DNA of 64,000 nt from Amoebophrya sp. A120 (taxonomy: Eukaryota > Protista > Dinoflagellata), in the NCBI GenBank assembly GCA_905178155.1, contig CAJINV010000002.1, positions 4,769,709 to 4,833,708 on the forward strand, read 5' to 3'. Both the position numbers and the translations under genes were made by a program. This document shows, piece by piece, positions 60,701 to 64,000 of the stretch (positions are counted from its first letter, which is position 1; each line of letters begins with the position of its first letter). The notes under the pieces were generated by a model, which had not been told where the DNA came from, made no database searches, and saw only the letters and a list, made by a program, of their open reading frames with translations.

Positions 60701-63700
60701 GAACCTATACGGGCGCGCCTTGAGGCTGAGCCCCGATAGGTTCCTGCAGTGCGTCACCATGGTCAATCTGTGCGTGACGCGGGTCGCGGTCGAAGCGCCA
60801 AGCTTCGTGAAAATGGTGCTATCCGCAGGTCCGTAGAAGGTCTCGATGGAATAGTCGGTCGTGGCGTCCACGTTCGCAATTTGCCGCTCCAGCCTCTCTT
60901 CGTGGGACAGCAGCGTGTGTCCACCGTGGTCTTCTTCCCCCGACGTATAATCGAGTAAATTCCGGGGGAGCGGCCAGTCGGAAACTGCGTATGCGTTGAA
61001 AGCAACGTCTTTCCTTTCCTCCAGCTCCGCGGCGGAGAGGGCGGAAAACTCCTCGAAAACTTCTTTTTTCAGCTCATTTTTGCGGAACAGCGCGAACCAA
61101 TCCCGGATCGCCCCGAAGTGCTCCGAGTACACCTCGGCGAGCATCTGGATCGCCTTCATCAGCCCGTTCGTGCGCAAGGCGTCGCGGTCCACCAGATAGC
61201 CCCCGGACGCCAGCGCCAGCAAAACCGGATCCTTCATCGCCATACGTTCCATGTTGGTGTGCAGTTTGAGTGCGACTTCTTTCCGGTGCTGTCTCTGCAT
61301 GCGGTCTTTCCGTGCTTCCTCATCCTCGTCGTACAAATGTTCTCCGGGCTCGACTTTTCTGACGTCCTGGGAGTACTTTGTTCTGTGGTGCGATTGTTTC
61401 GGAGCAGTTTCTTTTCCCGCGCGGCAAGTAGGAGGGTCAGCATTGTCATCATAAACATCCCGCCAACCTCTTGAAGCCTCTTTCTCTACTCCCGCTGGCG
61501 AAGGATGTTCCTCACCTCCACGTTCCAGTGAATCAAGTAACTCCTTGCGCCTCGCGCACAGCGCCTTTTCGCTTTCGAGCAATTCCTTTGGCTTCGCGCT
61601 GCACGACAGGTCGTTTTTGCTGCCGTCCTTCCTATGCTCAATGTAACGAAGGGTCTCGCCATCGGAGCTCACGTCGACCGTAAACTCTTTTCCAAATCTG
61701 CTCTGAGCCACAGCTTTCAAGGCCTCTTTAACGTCCACTTTCGGCGTAGTGCCAGCGGTGCCGTGTTGCAGCACCTCGGACAGAGGGCACTGAAATTCCA
61801 TTCCGCACGGTGTCCAGCCAGTCTCTCCGGTGGCGGCCGCGAGCTCCTTTCTGTCCTGAGCGATGACATCGCGGTCCACCTTATTCGTCATGACAGGCGG
61901 GGCGGGAGCACCATCGGAAGAACAAACTTTGGCGTCCCAGGTGGCTTTTAGGTTTTTTAGCAAGTTTTCCCTTTCCTGATTCACATGCTCTTCGTGGTTT
62001 TTCTTTCCACCCGGTAGGAGCTGGTCCACCGCACAGGCCCCTTCCATGATCTTCTTCATGAATTCTTCCTCTGTGTACTCAACGAAAGGACCACCCGCAT
62101 CTTGTTCCAGCGGACCATCTTGCGCAGTCCCGCTCGCAGTCGTGCCTTTCTGACTGCTCCGGGAGCTGCACGTAGCCTTCGCCTTCGCGGCTCCACCTCT
62201 ACAAGAACTTGATCTCTTCTTCCGCGCGCTACAAGAAGCAGAACTAGTACTGCCACGACCTGCTCTTTGTAACACCGCTGGTAAATCTCCTTCGCTGCGG
62301 TGAATCTGTTTTTCCCACTCTTTGTCCTTCCGCTGCATCTCCACAGACTTGCCCTCGTTCGTGGGGGGCAGTTGCTTTTTCACAAACTCCGTCTTCATCC
62401 GGTCAGCTTCGGCTGCAGCGCACTGAGCCATCGCCGCCAGGCCCTCCAGTGTGTCTTCTTCGCTCGAAGATGAAGAAGAACTGCCACTTTCGTCTTCGTC
62501 CTCCGAGGATGAACAGGAGTCAACCGAACGAAAAACAGAATGCTTGTCACCAAATTTCGCAGCATCGTGAGAAGGAGAACCACCACAAGATATTGAATTC
62601 TCCTTCTCCTTAGACCCACTGACTATCTTCGACACGGCGGACGATAACACCTCCCTGGACGCGACATTTAAGCCCTCTGTAATCCCGTTCGCCAGCTCAA
62701 TCTCCGCGTCTGCTTGATCCACGTCCATGCTCGTATCCTGGTCTTGCAGTCCTGCCACTGGTGTAAGTGCGGTGCTAGTTCTTGTGCCACGACGGCCACA
62801 CAAAGTTTGAAAGTTTTCTGTGCTTATGATCGTTGTATCGACTCCACCTGGAAGAACAGAAGTTGTGTTGAGCGGCATGGTCGGGGAAATCTGAACCATT
62901 CCGAATGACCCAGGTTTTTGATTTTGCTCCGCGTCGCTTGGACTACATTTTTGTCCTGTCGAAGATGCTGGCACAAGAACATCCGCAGAGGCAGACGCAG
63001 AAGAACAGTCCCTGTCTCTTACATTATCTGCATCAGCATCGACGATAGTACTGCTCCCTCCCGCTAATGTTCCTTTCAAGCGCGCTGGCGGGGACGGCGG
63101 CGCATAGTCGGGCGGAGGGGGTACTACATCAAGGGTGCTTTTTTCTCTCGACGCTGGTTCAGCAGGAGGAGTAGGCTCACCTCCGAGACAGTCCAAATCC
63201 GCGGGTTTCAGGTCTTCCTTCCCTTTGATCACAATCTTGCAAGATGAGTCGGAAGTAGGAATAACGGGAACAACCTGCTGCTCCTTTTCCTTATCATCAC
63301 ACGGCTTTGATGTCGCAGTATTGCTCATCTCAACGTCATGACCTTGATCGACGTCTTGCACCTCTTCATCCCCAGTCGTAGCACAATATTTTTCTGCCGC
63401 ACTCAGCATCGCTGTAATGTGTTCCTTTTCTTCCTCGGTCATTTTATCCTTGCTAAGAACGAAGTTGCTAGCCGCGAGAAAGTCGAAATTTCGGACCATA
63501 AACTGCCGCTGGGCGTAGGACAGGTATTCCACCCGCTTCTTCGCGCTGAGAAGAAACCACCTCGTCTCTTCATCCTTGTTTTCCCACGTTTTGTCGTCGA
63601 AAAGAAGCCCCCCAACTTCGCCAGGAGCCCGGCACCACATCTCGAGCAGCTGCGCTCGCGGGTCCTCGCCGGACGAGCAAGAACCGCCATTTTCATATGG

Positions 63701-64000
63701 ATTGCAAAAATGTCTGGGTCTGGAAACATGTCATGCGAAAAGTGAATAGGAGACGCACTGCAATTGCAATACGCAGCTATGCATGACAAATTTTTTGGCT
63801 CCCATGTTCTACGTATTCCGCATGCCATGGCAAACTGCGTTGTTGCATGACAGGTAAGCGGGCCTCTTCGTGCCTATGCAACACAGATTCTCGAATCATG
63901 CCAGACAAGCATGACAAACTTGCAGTCTTCCAGACCCAGACATTTTTGGATTTGATATTTCAACCGCACCGACAATCCTGTCCATCCGCTTTTTGTCCTC
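48748..64000 (-). CDS. Giant protein (about 4,930 codons in window, 5'-truncated) with a Pol-beta-type non-canonical poly(A)/poly(U) polymerase domain, PAP-associated domain and PAM2 motif
   Basis: The 3856-aa and 1048-aa ORFs and the window-edge exon join in frame via introners 60322-60530 and 63704-63949. Motifs: PKGS-x11-DLDL, FTIDMS, IILAKRWYKER-TGLNSISIAFLVLYTL, IGVLFYEFL, FFLIDPD (about 50820-51915) and LNPAAAEFQP (about 50031-50066). Confidence 0.85.
60322..60530. mobile_element. TATC...GATA introner (209 bp)
   Basis: TIR tatccaagagaaaaa / ttttttcttggata; flanks actgg/cccgg; removing 214 nt fuses the two giant ORFs in frame. Confidence 0.85.
63704..63949. mobile_element. Introner family A, copy 4, inverted relative to copy 1
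   Basis: TIR gcaaaaatgtctgggtctggaa / cttccagacccagacatttttgg; TSD att (DR extends to tggatt); contains an in-frame TGA; removing 249 nt gives EISNP/YENGG. Confidence 0.92.

Overview
Eukaryotic (protist) genomic DNA with about 15 intron-containing genes, all on the minus strand, mostly encoding low-complexity or coiled-coil proteins. The architecture matches syndinian dinoflagellates such as Amoebophrya (inference): co-oriented genes, a few GT-AG introns and many non-canonical introns bounded by inverted and direct repeats. By eye I delimited 21 transposon-like introns. Seventeen have TAT...ATA-type ends with a roughly 5-bp target-site duplication (TSD); four have GYAAAAATGTCTGGGTCTGGA terminal inverted repeats (TIRs) with a 3-bp TSD. 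Removing an element plus one TSD restores an open host reading frame in nearly every case. Copies of one family occur in both orientations relative to the host gene. Families with unrelated TIRs share an internal 9-mer, TTGTNATGC, often spaced 31-33 nt apart. Recognisable proteins: (1) a giant (about 4,930 codons within the window, 5'-truncated) non-canonical poly(A)/poly(U) polymerase-like protein with a PAM2 motif; (2) a HAD phosphatase, plus a chimeric partial duplicate; (3) a PNPOx-like FMN-binding protein. Also present: a GC-rich inverted-repeat insertion, an intergenic multi-stem or pseudoknot candidate and a CGA-rich island. All splice models are inferred from sequence only.
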